A DNA stretch of 63,473 nucleotides, counting the filler, from Choristocarpus tenellus KU-1152 (Eukaryota; Protista; Phaeophyceae): the NCBI GenBank assembly GCA_964200185.2. It is 8 parts of 8 records of this genome, joined end to end, with 100 filler letters (N's around TTAATTAATTAA, not from the genome) between each part and the next. Parts side by side here need not be neighbours in the genome. Positions count along the whole stretch, not along the records: positions 28,862 to 56,578 come from CAXNAD020000139.1; positions 56,679 to 59,580 come from CAXNAD020023787.1; positions 59,681 to 63,473 come from CAXNAD020017889.1; 5 more parts are not named here. One strand, given 5' to 3'. The notes under the pieces are model-generated. The model saw only the letters and a list, made by a program, of their open reading frames with translations, ran no database searches and was not told where the DNA came from. A program made the position numbers and the translations under genes. Shown here in pieces: positions 52,651 through 63,473 of the stretch. Positions within the stretch are counted from its first letter, which is position 1, and each line of letters opens with the position of its first letter.

Positions 52651-55287
52651 ACAAATCTTACCCACCCGGTGAAGGCTCAAATGACATACTGTGCTAGTGG
52701 TCTGCATTGCTATCACCTTGTTACTAATGCACTTAGCTGGTCAAAAGGATAGGAGGTAGAGATGTTGCTGCTCCTCCAAAGTTCTCTTGGGGTTGGGGGA
52801 AAAAGAAAAGCTTCTGGGCTTTGCTTCTTGCGTGAAACAGTCTACTACTGCAGTAAATTAAAATCCAGCACATGCAGCAGAATTAGACCCAACTTCCTTT
52901 GTTCCTATACCTTCACTGCGGTAAGTCCCAGGGCGAGAAGTTGCCAGGAATTGAATGACTTGGTGACAATTAGCTAGACTTTGCCCTTAGATATACTTTG
53001 AAGCTATGACATAGAGGACGAAGAATGGAGCATTGAAGAGATGTGCAGGTTTAGAGTGGTTGAATATTATCTGGGTTAATTATTACGTCCCCCGAAAACC
53101 AACATTTAGGTACCAGGTGAAATTTCCGTTACCAAACAGATCGTTGAGGAGGTTACCTCTATACGTTGTGGAATTTATGGTATGCGAGACAAGTGTTTGC
53201 ATGCATTTTTGAAGAACCTTGCATTAGTACAACCAAGATCTGGGCTTGGGTCAAGACCAACATGAAAGGCGTAGAGGAGCCCCACCAAGTCATGTACATA
53301 CCTCATGACTAACGAAGGTCATGTGAAATCAACTTTGGTCCCATTCCTAGACTTTTATCAGAGCAATTGCGATGGGACCTAAACAGAGGAAGAAAGTAGG
53401 TAACAAAGGCAGGGTACAATAGTTAAGAAGCTCTCTAAATGATGAATAGCGCCCGCACGAATGCAGATCTGCAGACAAAATACTTTTAGTTAACAAAACG
53501 ATCATCCTTCTTGTGCAACCCCTTTCTATTGTTATGTTTTCTTGTTATGAAGACTGTACTTACTTTTCGTACGATATGGTTGCTACTCAAGGACTTCGCA
53601 GTGCCTAAAACACATTGCACTGTTCTTGTGGTACGCCTTTCTTGGTAAACAAAAATGTTTTACACGGACTTACGTGCATCACTTGGGGATGGTTGTTGTA
53701 GGTTTGCATACATTTTACTTTGAGGGTATGATGGCACTTTGTAAGCATTGATAGGTCAGGCACTAGATACTTATAGAGCGCAAAGTGCAACATCTGGCTC
53801 AACAGAGCTCAACATATAATGGGAAGCAAGGGCTGGATGGAGAGCTTCTACGAGTATATATACATACGAAGTACTGTTTTAATACATCCAAGAATAACTA
53901 CGGCTGATAATACAGAAGACCACCAAATCTTGTCAGGGACTCAATATGAGGTGTTTGCCAATGGAGGAGTTTAGCATGTTATTTCTTTTCAACACCATCG
54001 GATTTGTTTGATCTGGACGATCCACAATTAGTTGTCACTCATTGTTTCTTAGGACAAAGTATCTTACAGGGGGTGGCAGCGGTCCATTCATTCAGAGCCC
54101 AATTTGCTGTGTTGTTGTGATTCTTGAACGATTTTGGTTCACACTTCAGATGCAGATAAAATGTTACTGACCTTAGTGTATCTATCTTTCTACGCTGTTG
54201 CTCACCCTGCATGAAAAATCACTCTGCCTTTGCCTTTTGTCAATGATTTTTGTATTTTATTGAATGAATTTTCGGTTTGTCATGATGAGGCGGGGTCCAA
54301 TCAGTCGTGGGGGGTGTTTAGAATCATCAGTTGTGTCACGGTGGGATTCCTTCAGCAAACCCCAAGTTCTCTCAGCCAACAAATCTTAGGAGAAGTTTGA
54401 ATGAGATCTTGGATCCGTTTGGTGACGTCACATCCTTGTGACCGTCAACGGCAAGTGGTCTGAGAATTCTTATGATTTTTCTCTGTTTGATGATATTTAT
54501 GGGACTCTTACGAATGACAAAGAAATGTGCGCACAATACACTTATATGTGCTCGCGGACGTGGATTGGACTGAGACCAGATCCCAACGGGACCTGTCCGT
54601 CACATGTTGCGTTGTTTCAATTACAGAGGGTGTACCTATATAAGAGAGGGCAGGAGTAAGCGAAAGAACCCTCTCTTATATCCCGATCCTCTCTTATTTT
54701 GATACAAGAGCGCTTTTCTCCTAAACCGAGGGATCGTGATAAGAGAAACCTATGTTATATCGAGCAATAGTGCTCGTAGGCGCTTTATACTTGTCCCCAG
54801 ATGATGACAGAGCGACGCCCTTGCTGTATGTGCTTCCCACGTGCGTTCCAGAGTAGTTACATGTAGACATGTATTGAACATTGCCCTCAGTGAACCCATT
54901 TCGATGAAGCTGTGGTGGTGCAGCAACCACCACATCTACACCACCCCTGCACAGTATACCACTGTCATATATATGTATACAGTACTGTAACTTTGGTAAA
55001 TTGCACTCATTACGATGCATTCGCTCGTATGTGTAGTACACCTTCCCAAGAAAAGCATCCACAAGCCGTTGGATGTCTGGACAGACGACTCACAGTTCAA
55101 ATCAAATCAACGTTTAAAGTTAATCTCCCTCCGATGCCCTGGCCTACGTATTCAATTGCACTCTACAAGGATATTATACAGTACAGTATCAAGAACGCCA
55201 CCATGGATCAAATGCAGCTGCACCGCAATGCACCCCCCATCGCACGCACTGAGTAAAGCAACTTATTCGCCAAAAAAAATCGCGACT

Positions 55288-55568
55288 GAGTCAAAGTATC
55301 TTAGAGGGTAGATCCCTGTCCGTTTGCAGGTCGAAGTCCAATGTTGCGATATTGATGTAATTTTGGCTTTTGTGTTAGTTAGGAAGACTGGCTCAAAGTA
55401 TCTGGGGGGGGTAGCGGCTGTCCATTTGGAGCCAATTTTTTCATGTCGCAATTTTTCGGTGATTTGGTTCCATACGTTGGATGGATAATGAAAGTGCACT
55501 TTTCTTGGTTTAACCCTAAATGGACACCCCGGTGTAGAACCCCCCCCCCCCTCCAGATACTTTGGGTC
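55288..55568. mobile_element. Family B end fragment (55288-55389) joined to a full family A copy (55390-55568, TSD ACT)
   Basis: GAGTCAAAGTATCTTAGAGGGTAG.. then ACT|GGCTCAAAGTATCTGGGG ... CCAGATACTTTGGGTC|ACT. Confidence 0.9.
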
Positions 55569-55571
55569 ACT

Positions 55572-56000
55572 GCCAAAAAAATCGCAGATGTCCGCCTGTT
55601 TGATTACCCTTGCCCCGATTGTGCTGAGCCAAGCCAGCTTTGTTTTCCGGAGATGGTACGAAACACTGTTCATACTGCACTCTTCGACGGTTGTTTCTAA
55701 GCTTGCAAACTCGTCAGCTACTTGAGAGTACAGCGGTAGAGGAACTGAGAACATTGACGGGGCTATTCCTTTCCTCACGGCCCCCGATGTGCTGCCCCCT
55801 CCCATAAACCCATCGTCATCCTCGTCACCTGAGCTTTCAGTGTCTGACTGGTACAAGCATTCCTCGAGCAGCTGGTCTCTCATGTCCTCTAGTATTGCAT
55901 TGGCCACTTCATCATTGTCTTCCACACCAATCCACGTCCTTGCTGCATCAATGGAAGCCTGAGGCGGTTTTCTCGCGGGTTTGAAGTGCAGAGCGTCAAG
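55572..56000 (-). pseudogene. C-terminal fragment of a pogo/Tigger-like (Tc1/mariner) transposase
   Basis: Acidic linker (EECLYQSDTESSGDEDDD), a helical segment and terminal KQADICDFF, matching the Q-x-x-I-x-x-FF PCNA-interacting motif that ends pogo-family transposases. Cut by MITEs on both sides. Confidence 0.55.
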
Positions 56001-56007
56001 AGCATTC

Positions 56008-56578
56008 GAGTGAAATTACCTTAGAGGGTACGAGTTTTGCCCTATTTATCCGTTTAAAGCTTGGCTTCCCACGGGTTTTTTTATGACATTTTTCTACTCC
56101 AAAATGTTTCAGAAGAGTAGGTAAGGCTCAAAGTATCTGGGGGTTGGGTGGCGGCTGTGCATCTGGCGTTAATTTTTTCATGTCGCAATTTTTGTGTTTG
56201 GTTGCATACGTCGGATGGATAAAAAGCCAAAGTATCTTAGAGGGTAGAGCTGCGTCCATTTGGGGCCCACAATCCAATGTTGCGTTTCAGATGTAATTTT
56301 GACTATCGTGTTTGTTGGGAAGTGTCAATATCCTTGTTCCAGAATACCTTTTCATAACGTATACATTTTACCTACTCCAAAATATTTTGGAGTAGGAAAA
56401 TGTCGTAAGAACCCCTAGGGAAGCCAAGCCCCAAATGGACAAACAGGACAAAACTCGTACCCTCTAGGATACTTTCACTCTAATGTAAGTGCACCTTTCC
56501 TGGTTATGGCCCAAATGGACACCCTGGTGTAGACCCCCCTCCCCCCCCAGATGCTTTGGGTCTAATATGTAGGCGTTA
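56008..56578. mobile_element. Triple-nested MITEs: B (56008-gap) containing A (56125-56562, TSD TAA) containing reversed B (56224-56480, TSD TAAA/TAAT)
   Basis: Each host element's consensus resumes immediately after the inserted element and its TSD. Confidence 0.88.
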
Positions 56579-56973
56579 NNNNNNNNNNNNNNNNNNNNNN
56601 NNNNNNNNNNNNNNNNNNNNNNTTAATTAATTAANNNNNNNNNNNNNNNNNNNNNNNNNNNNNNNNNNNNNNNNNNNNTTGGGTGTTTGGTATACTGCCC
56701 CCCCCCCCCCCTCGTTAAATTCAGGTTTTTGAGGTTGACTGGTAGTACTGACATATACATTATAGTATATGTATGTATGTATAAACAGGTCTTGAATGAA
56801 GATTGAATTGAATTGAGAAGAGCAGACACCTGTGTTGATGCCCAAGCAAAAGCTGCTCATATTCTCTATCAACTCCAGTGAACTTTGACACACACACGCA
56901 CTCACTCTCTCAACATGAACACATACAAGACATAGCCAACGAGAATATTGACTAAAGTTCCATCTCTACCCAG

Positions 56974-57096
56974 GTGGCCTTGATACCTGGTCCTCGTGGC
57001 CGTTCTGAGCTAGGTCCTGGGCATATGGAAGGAGGAGAGGCAGGGAGTAGGGGAAGTGTGAAGATCAAGGCATTGAAGGAGGCGGTGGCCACAGAG
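56974..57096 (+). CDS. Isolated internal exon of an unknown gene
   Basis: ctctacccag| VALIPGPRGRSELGPGHMEGGEAGSRGSVKIKALKEAVATE |gtgggt: a 123-nt phase-0 GC-rich block in an AT-rich contig. Confidence 0.4.
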
Positions 57097-57185
57097 GTGG
57101 GTGACTGTGAGGGTTCAAGACTGTGGGTGACTGTAAGGCTCATGCCTACCTTGCCTCTCTCTATGTAGACCTCGTTGTAACATGA

Positions 57186-57290
57186 AAATCTAAATCTAAA
57201 TCTAAATCTAAATCTAAATCTAAATCAATGTATCTATACATGTATGTATATATGGAGGATTGAAAGTGACTTTTTTATAATTGTTTTATA

Positions 57291-57335
<45 letters not shown>

Positions 57336-57389
57336 AGTGCATGGTTGCACTGGTTGCTCTATTTATGGGGCAATGATCAAGATACTACT

Positions 57390-57442
<53 letters not shown>
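57186..57442. repeat. Microsatellite cluster: (TAAATC)6, (TTA)~13 and inverted (TAA)~17
   Basis: Directly visible at 57186-57226, 57291-57331 and 57390-57442. Confidence 0.95.
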
Positions 57443-57443
<1 letters not shown>

Positions 57444-57882
57444 GCAAGAGTACGGTTTTGAAGTGCTCAAGTACTTTTTTTATTTAATGGAATGTTGTAA
57501 AGAAAAAAAGGTGGTTCGATTGTAAAAAAGAAAAAGAACTGCTAAGAAAAATAGGAAAAAAATGAAAAAAAGGGATCAGGTAAAAGCTCCAAAAATATGT
57601 ACAGTTCGAAAAAATAAATAATAATATATATATATATATAAAAGTAAATAAATAAATATAAATATAAATATAATTATAATTACACACGAGTATTATCGGA
57701 GCACGTTGAGCTAAGGTCTGTGTGTTGAAAGAGGGAATAAAATAAAAATGAAATAATAGGTGACCGGGATTCTCGTATTTGTTAATGGGAACAAACATAG
57801 AGGAGGAGGAAGGGGGGGGCAGGGGAGTGTGTGTCTCCTTTCCAAAGAGGAGGAGACACTTCGACGAACAATTCATTTTACA

Positions 57883-57925
<43 letters not shown>

Positions 57926-58797
57926 TTATTTATTTTATTGATTGTACTTTGTATTTTTTGCGTTTGTATTACAGGGGATGGCGGAGCGAATATCCCAATA
58001 TTTTGTTTATAATTTTGATATTTATGTTCTGAGAATGCGTGTGCGGTTTGCGCACTGCTGATGTCACTGTTAGGGTTAGGGTTTCTGTAGTGTATGTCAC
58101 TGCTAATAACACCTTTTACTTTTTGTTGCAATTTGGTGATGTAAGTGTTTGTTATTCTGAATCTCTCGAAATATTCCGACACCTTGTATTTTCTTTTTCT
58201 TTTGTATGTAATAAAAAATATAAGTATTAAGAGTATTGATAAAAAAAATATTATCAATAAAAGTGTTCATAATAAAAACTATAAATAATAAAAGTATTTA
58301 TAATAAAAAATATAAAAAAGTATGAATAAAAAAATATGAATAATGAATATATTGATATCTTTTTGTAAAAGGTGAAATAGATAGATTTTTTGAATTTTAG
58401 TGTTCTGTGTGTGTGGGGTTGCTTACTGTAGCGTTGTTCTTCTACACCTTTGGACGCGTCAAGCCTGTCTACCAAAAACTTTGAAAAATAAATATTTACA
58501 GGCATTTTTTAAATTTGACACGACGGCCCTCGTCCGGAGGGGATTACTGAATGCTGAAAAAAAAAAAGAGTGTTCCAACCCTAACCCTAGACAACAATGA
58601 GGGGCTACCCCTACCAAATCGATTCAAGGATTTGCAATACAAAAGGCGTTGGAGGGCATACGACCAAACAAGCCCCCCCCCCCCTGTGAACAAGTGGCAT
58701 TTCAGAGCAAGAGGGATTGGGTGTTGTTGTTATCTTTGTTTGGACAGCTGACGTATAGCTTTTAATTTTTTTTTGGACTGTCTTTTTTTTTCTTGCA

Positions 58798-59033
58798 CTG
58801 TATTTTATGTGTATGTATTTTATATATATGTTATATATATGTATTTTATATATTTGTGTTTTATATATTTGTGTTTTATATGTATGTATTTTATATATAT
58901 GTATTTTATATGTATGTATTTTATATATATATGTATTTTATATGTATGTATTTTATATATTTGTGTTTTATATGTATGTATTTTATATATATGTATTTTA
59001 TATGTATGTACTTTATATGTATGTATTTTTTTT
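58798..59033. repeat. AT-rich minisatellite, 18-20-bp unit (TATGTATTTTATATATA/TGTA variants), ~12 copies
   Basis: Repeated tgtattttatat blocks, which generate spurious YICILY-type ORFs. Confidence 0.92.
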
Positions 59034-60499
59034 AGAGAGAGATCAAATCATATTGTGCAATTCAATGCAATGCAATGCAAATAGAAAAGGTGTAGTATCA
59101 TAGTATCATAGTATCATTGCAAGTGGGCGGGCGCTGTTCTAGATACTTGAGTGGTTTTGTAGGATACATGGGGTTCGAGGGTTTGCTGGACGTGGAATGA
59201 ATGTTGTGGAATGAATATTGTGGAGTGAATGTTGTGGAGTGAATGGCATGAAGCCTTGCCCTCACAGCAGATGCTGGGCACAGCACGGCTCTAGGGCTAG
59301 ACCATGAACATTCCAGAGCACAGCTGTATTTGGGGTTTATATAGGCGACATGTGTTTTAGGGGTGATGGTCTCCTAAATGTTTTTGCAGCATTTGGTGGT
59401 ACAGGGTAGATGGACCCTGGTGTTGCCATGGGTCGTGGACACTTGCAGGGGAAGAATGGTGGAATGGTTCTAGGGTAGCCCTGGTGTTAACCGGCTTGTA
59501 TATCGGAGATAGGTGTGAAGAGCTCCCTCATGTTGTGAATGAGCAATTTGGACATGGGTGGGTGGGGTGGGGGGGGGGGGNNNNNNNNNNNNNNNNNNNN
59601 NNNNNNNNNNNNNNNNNNNNNNNNTTAATTAATTAANNNNNNNNNNNNNNNNNNNNNNNNNNNNNNNNNNNNNNNNNNNNATGGCATACCAGGTACCCAA
59701 AGTATTCCCCTTGTCCTCCTGTTCTTGCTTGTTATCGATCGTAACATATCCCATGTATCCTTAGCCTCCAGCTTTCCATTTTTGTCAAAGGTGCAGGTCT
59801 ACTTTGTTGGTATGACGATGATGAAACTATTGCCCGTTTCAGCTTCCTGTAGCTTGTGTTGGGTTTTGTGATAAGCTGCACGGGGATCTTGTCCTCCGCG
59901 CGTCCTCTGTTGAGCTGCACAGGAATCTTGTCCTCCGCGCATCGTCATTGATTACTCTTTCGTAGATCCAGTGTGATATTTGTTCCTGTTCCGTTAGTGT
60001 CTCCGTGAGTTCAGGAAATCGCCTCTTCGCTGCACAATGTCTTACAGACCCTTTCGCTGGCATAAATCACCAGAGATGATCTCCATGGTCGTGCTGATGC
60101 TCCAGTCCAGTTAGGCAACTTCTTCATGTCGTTGAGGCCCATCACCTGCTCCTTTTCTCCATACTACTGAGGCTCATAACCTGTGGCATAACCTGTGCAA
60201 TTTACCTTGGGAGGTAATGCTATTTATATGTAGTGAAGACAAGAAGGTGTGAAGCCTCACACGGTTCCCCATTGCTGAACGTGATTATTACATGGTTGAA
60301 ATTAGAAGAGTGACCTTTGTGGGGTGTCGTCTCATTGCTTGTTTATTATTATTTGTTCCTCCTACATAAGTCAACAGCTATATCAAAGTAGTTGAATGCA
60401 AACTAAAAACCCATAATTTTCCCATTCATAATCCTGGCGTACTTTCTCATTAGTTACATATGGACTCAATCAAAATGATAATCTCTCATACACAAAAGA

Positions 60500-61730
60500 A
60501 GGTACACCTCACTATTGTCCTATTTTGCACAAAAGCGACAGAGCTGGGTGGCAGGATTTATGAACCTGCTGGTCATATTGGGGATGCTGAGGTGGACCCC
60601 ACACGATGTATGGAGCAGCCCATCATTGCCTTTGCCCAAGCCTGAGGGGCAGGGCTACCGGCTAGTGACGGATTTCAGTACATTGGACATGGACTCACAG
60701 GTGGTGGAGCTCTCACACACCAGGGAGGAGTGTGCTGTGCTGATGTCTCCAGACGCCTCTGACAAGGGTCCCTCAGGTAGAGCTGAATGGAGGTGTGGCA
60801 GTGGAAGATAAGAGCCTTGAGCCGCTGGGATTCCTTAGTGGTTCTTTTCGAGGGTCACAGCTGGGTCACGGTGGATAAGGAGGCGTTGACCATCATGGGG
60901 ACTTACCAGCACCTAGAGTTGGTGCTCTGTCAGGTGACCCACATCTTTTGTGTCCATTGCAATCTCGAATATATCTTTCACTCATCCCTGTGTGTCGCAG
61001 ATCTGTCCAAGGCCACTGCTCAACGTCTTTTGCATTGGGTCATGTTCCTGGGACAGTATGACTACACCATCCAGTACATAGCTGGAGAGTGGAACTGCTG
61101 GGGAGACTTGTTCAGGTGGACTGATGTATCTGCAGTGACGTTGTGAGGTGAAGACACTCTACCATCAAGAGCGGTGGTGCATGAGGTACAACTAGTGGCC
61201 AGCAAGGCTCTAGGGGGTGTGAGACTGTGCATGCAAGTGGAGGATTATGCCTCTACTGGCCGTGTGCATCAAGGCCAGGATGGCATGATGCGGGTGGGTG
61301 CTGAGGTTACGGCCCCACTGTGGATATCTGATGAGGCAAAGGATCTGCAGACACGCCTGATGGTGTGTGCACACATGGGCGAAGCTGGGCATCATGGCAG
61401 GGCAGCAATGGTGCAGCGGCTTAAGGGGTGTTGCGTTCCATCTACAATGGAGGCGGGCGTTGCAACGGAAATGAAGCAAACATTCCTGTACATGAAGAAC
61501 CAGGGGAGGTTCGAAATGTCTGATATTCTGGCTGTGCACAGGGTAGAAGGGTATGAACACCAGGTTTTGTTGGATTGGTTGGGTTTAAGTGGGGGCGAGA
61601 GAACATAGGAGCCACTGTCTTCCTTTTTAGAGGATGCCCCTGTTGTTCTATGCAAACACTTGAAGAAGCTGAAGTTGCATGCTTGAGTCCACAACGTGAT
61701 TAAGTGGCAGTACAAGATTGACGTATGAGT
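60500..61730 (+). mobile_element. Internally deleted Ty3/gypsy chromovirus pol relic (RT start, RNase H, integrase N-terminus, chromodomain)
   Basis: WSSPSLPLPKPEGQGYRLVTDF (RT start); LMSPDASDKG, WVTVDKEALTI, QRLLHWVMFLGQYDYTIQYIAGEWNCWGDL (RNase H); LQTRLMVCAHMGEAGHHG (integrase zinc-binding N-terminus); FEMSDILA..QVLLDWLGL..RT*EPLSSFLEDAP (chromodomain). Stops and frameshifts present. Confidence 0.88.
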
Positions 61731-63126
61731 TGGATATTGTATGCTGTTTTTTGTCGAGCTGGCCGTTTTCGTTTATTGGGACCAGGTTTGTGTTGCGAAT
61801 CAAAGTGAGTGATCCATTATCAAAATAATATTTTATCGTATAGGTGATACATATTTATTTATATATATTGCGCGCGTGTATAATGTAGGTGTATGTCGCC
61901 ATCCACTAAGCAGCAGTGGTATGTTCTCGAAACGCAAAGAGGTAATATCTGCCCGTATATTGATATATGCTGTTTGCAGGAAACCAATAGACGGATTGCA
62001 GTCATTCAAACGTTGTTAGGGACCCCTTTCCACAAGAAGTCAAACTTAGACCACCCCCCACTCTGATTCATCCTCTATATTAATAATAATCACTCCATTG
62101 ATGGTAGTAGTGTAATTGTTGAGGAAGTTCACACATACACATACTTCTTATTTGTGATGTGAAAGTACGTTGGTACTATTACTGTATTACCAAGGGTGGA
62201 AGTAGTAGTAAAGTTTTTTTTTATCCCTTTCTGTTTCTTTAATTTATATTTTCCAAAATATTGTTGCATTACCAAGGAATTAGTAACCAAGGTTCTTATT
62301 TCGGTTTCTACCATATATTTTGTACTGTTATTATGCCCTCTGATATTTTGTAGATATGTTAGGGGAAAAAAACTCAACATCACAAGGACCCGTGTAAGAG
62401 TAACATTCAAAAATGTGAAAGACATATTATCTCCAAAATCTAGTTACTATTTTACGAGGTATACTTCTATCTTATATCCACCTTTCTGCCAAGGTATACC
62501 TTTAAAGGATCCTTCTTTCCTTTAGAAGGTATACCTCGATTTTTGTTTCCTCATATGACATAAAAATTGCTTCGTGATGACTTCAATATCAAGTTGTTGA
62601 GTGAAGCTTACAACCCCCCCTCATTCACTCTCCTTCTTCACTGATCTGTTTAAGTTGAAGATGGGGTTGTAATCCCCCTTCAAAGAAGACAATGGCAATT
62701 TGTTCGATATGTTTGAGGTCGCTAGAGTCCTTAGATGAACGGGCAACTGCTGTAGTAAATGTGCCGAGAAGGTGTCGAAAACGTAGGGTATATCCTCTTG
62801 AGTGTTTCACATCCAAGCGTTTTTAATTTTCGTTTTTTGTTATATTTTGTTTAATCTGTTAGCACTAATTGGACTAATCTCATTCTATGTGTGGTGTTTC
62901 CTTGTGATTATGTGATGGGGTGAACTCTGTAACTAACCACATCCTTCATTGATCCAATAAGTTTCAAACTTAAGAAACGAAAAGGTCACAAAAACTCTTA
63001 CTCTGTCTCTTTTCAATATGTAATCGTATCCTGTTCGACATTGCTTTTTTCATATAACCATATTGTCAACAGAAAGAGAAATCACCAAAACTCAAGAACC
63101 GCTTTTTGTCGTCTCTAGTATTTTTA

Positions 63127-63236
63127 GAGCCAAGGTATCTTCGAGGATAGAGCTGCGTCCATTTGGGGGTCAAAATACAATGTAGTGATTTTGATGTAAT
63201 TTTGGCTATCATGTACCTTCTAAGATAGTTTCACTC
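63127..63236. mobile_element. MITE family B 110-bp deletion derivative, TSD TTTA
   Basis: TTTA|GAGCCAAGGTATCTTCGAGGATAG ... TACCTTCTAAGATAGTTTCACTC|TTTA. Confidence 0.85.
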
Positions 63237-63473
63237 TTTAAGAATACAAATGTCCAACAATTTTAGATTTTGTATCTAAAAAAATTGGAGGGTGCCATTT
63301 TTTTTTTACCTTTTGGTTTCGGAACATTGGAAATAATGACAGTACCTACCACGATTTTGTTCACCCATGAGCTTGCCCGAAAAAAGCAGCACATAATTGA
63401 TGTGGTACAATATCTTTTTTGTAGTAATTTAATCGTGGTGATCTGGGAAATCAATCGTCGAAGCGACCAATTA

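Noticed and set aside
57484-59103. Long hydrophobic Tyr/Ile/Phe-rich ORFs
   Set aside because: Artefacts of AT-rich low-complexity DNA and the minisatellite.
59700-60200. Possible gag remnant with a 39-bp-period duplication (59875-59940); similar gag-like text at 62625-62816
   Set aside because: The zinc knuckle is not intact and the resemblance is too weak to annotate.
1-63473. Recurrent CAAAGTATCT repeats as a CRISPR-like or recombination array
   Set aside because: They are dispersed, occur as inverted pairs with TSDs, and have no regular spacers or cas genes. They are transposon ends.

Overview
This is eukaryotic, intron-rich, repeat-laden DNA, not prokaryotic. GT-AG spliced genes with short exons, an EsV-1-7 repeat gene and stramenopile-type chromovirus remnants point to a brown alga or close stramenopile relative (inference). 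The window is a concatenation of 8 contigs joined by an artificial N44-TTAATTAATTAA-N44 linker, so adjacency across gaps is not informative. Manually spliced genes: a 5-exon M23 zinc metallopeptidase (639-2560 +), a single-exon secreted protein with two cystine-knot/CBM1-like modules (10682-11302 +), a 7-repeat EsV-1-7 protein (19332-20928 +), the 5' part of ABCF3/GCN20 (-), a BASS/SBF-like Na+ cotransporter (-) and a complete 12-exon malate synthase (41775-52650 +). Also present: a decayed ankyrin gene, a probable small-exon gene, Ty3/gypsy and Ty1/copia relics and a pogo C-terminal fragment. The most distinctive unexplained structure is a set of four short MITE families (about 110-280 bp, >20 full or partial copies) sharing one TIR core (5 terminal bases such as GAGTC/GGCTC/GACCC, then AAAGTA, extended to AAAGTATCT in families A-C). 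Two families consistently make 3-bp target-site duplications and two make 4-bp ones. They nest inside each other, and one copy interrupts a Sola2-like transposase fragment.
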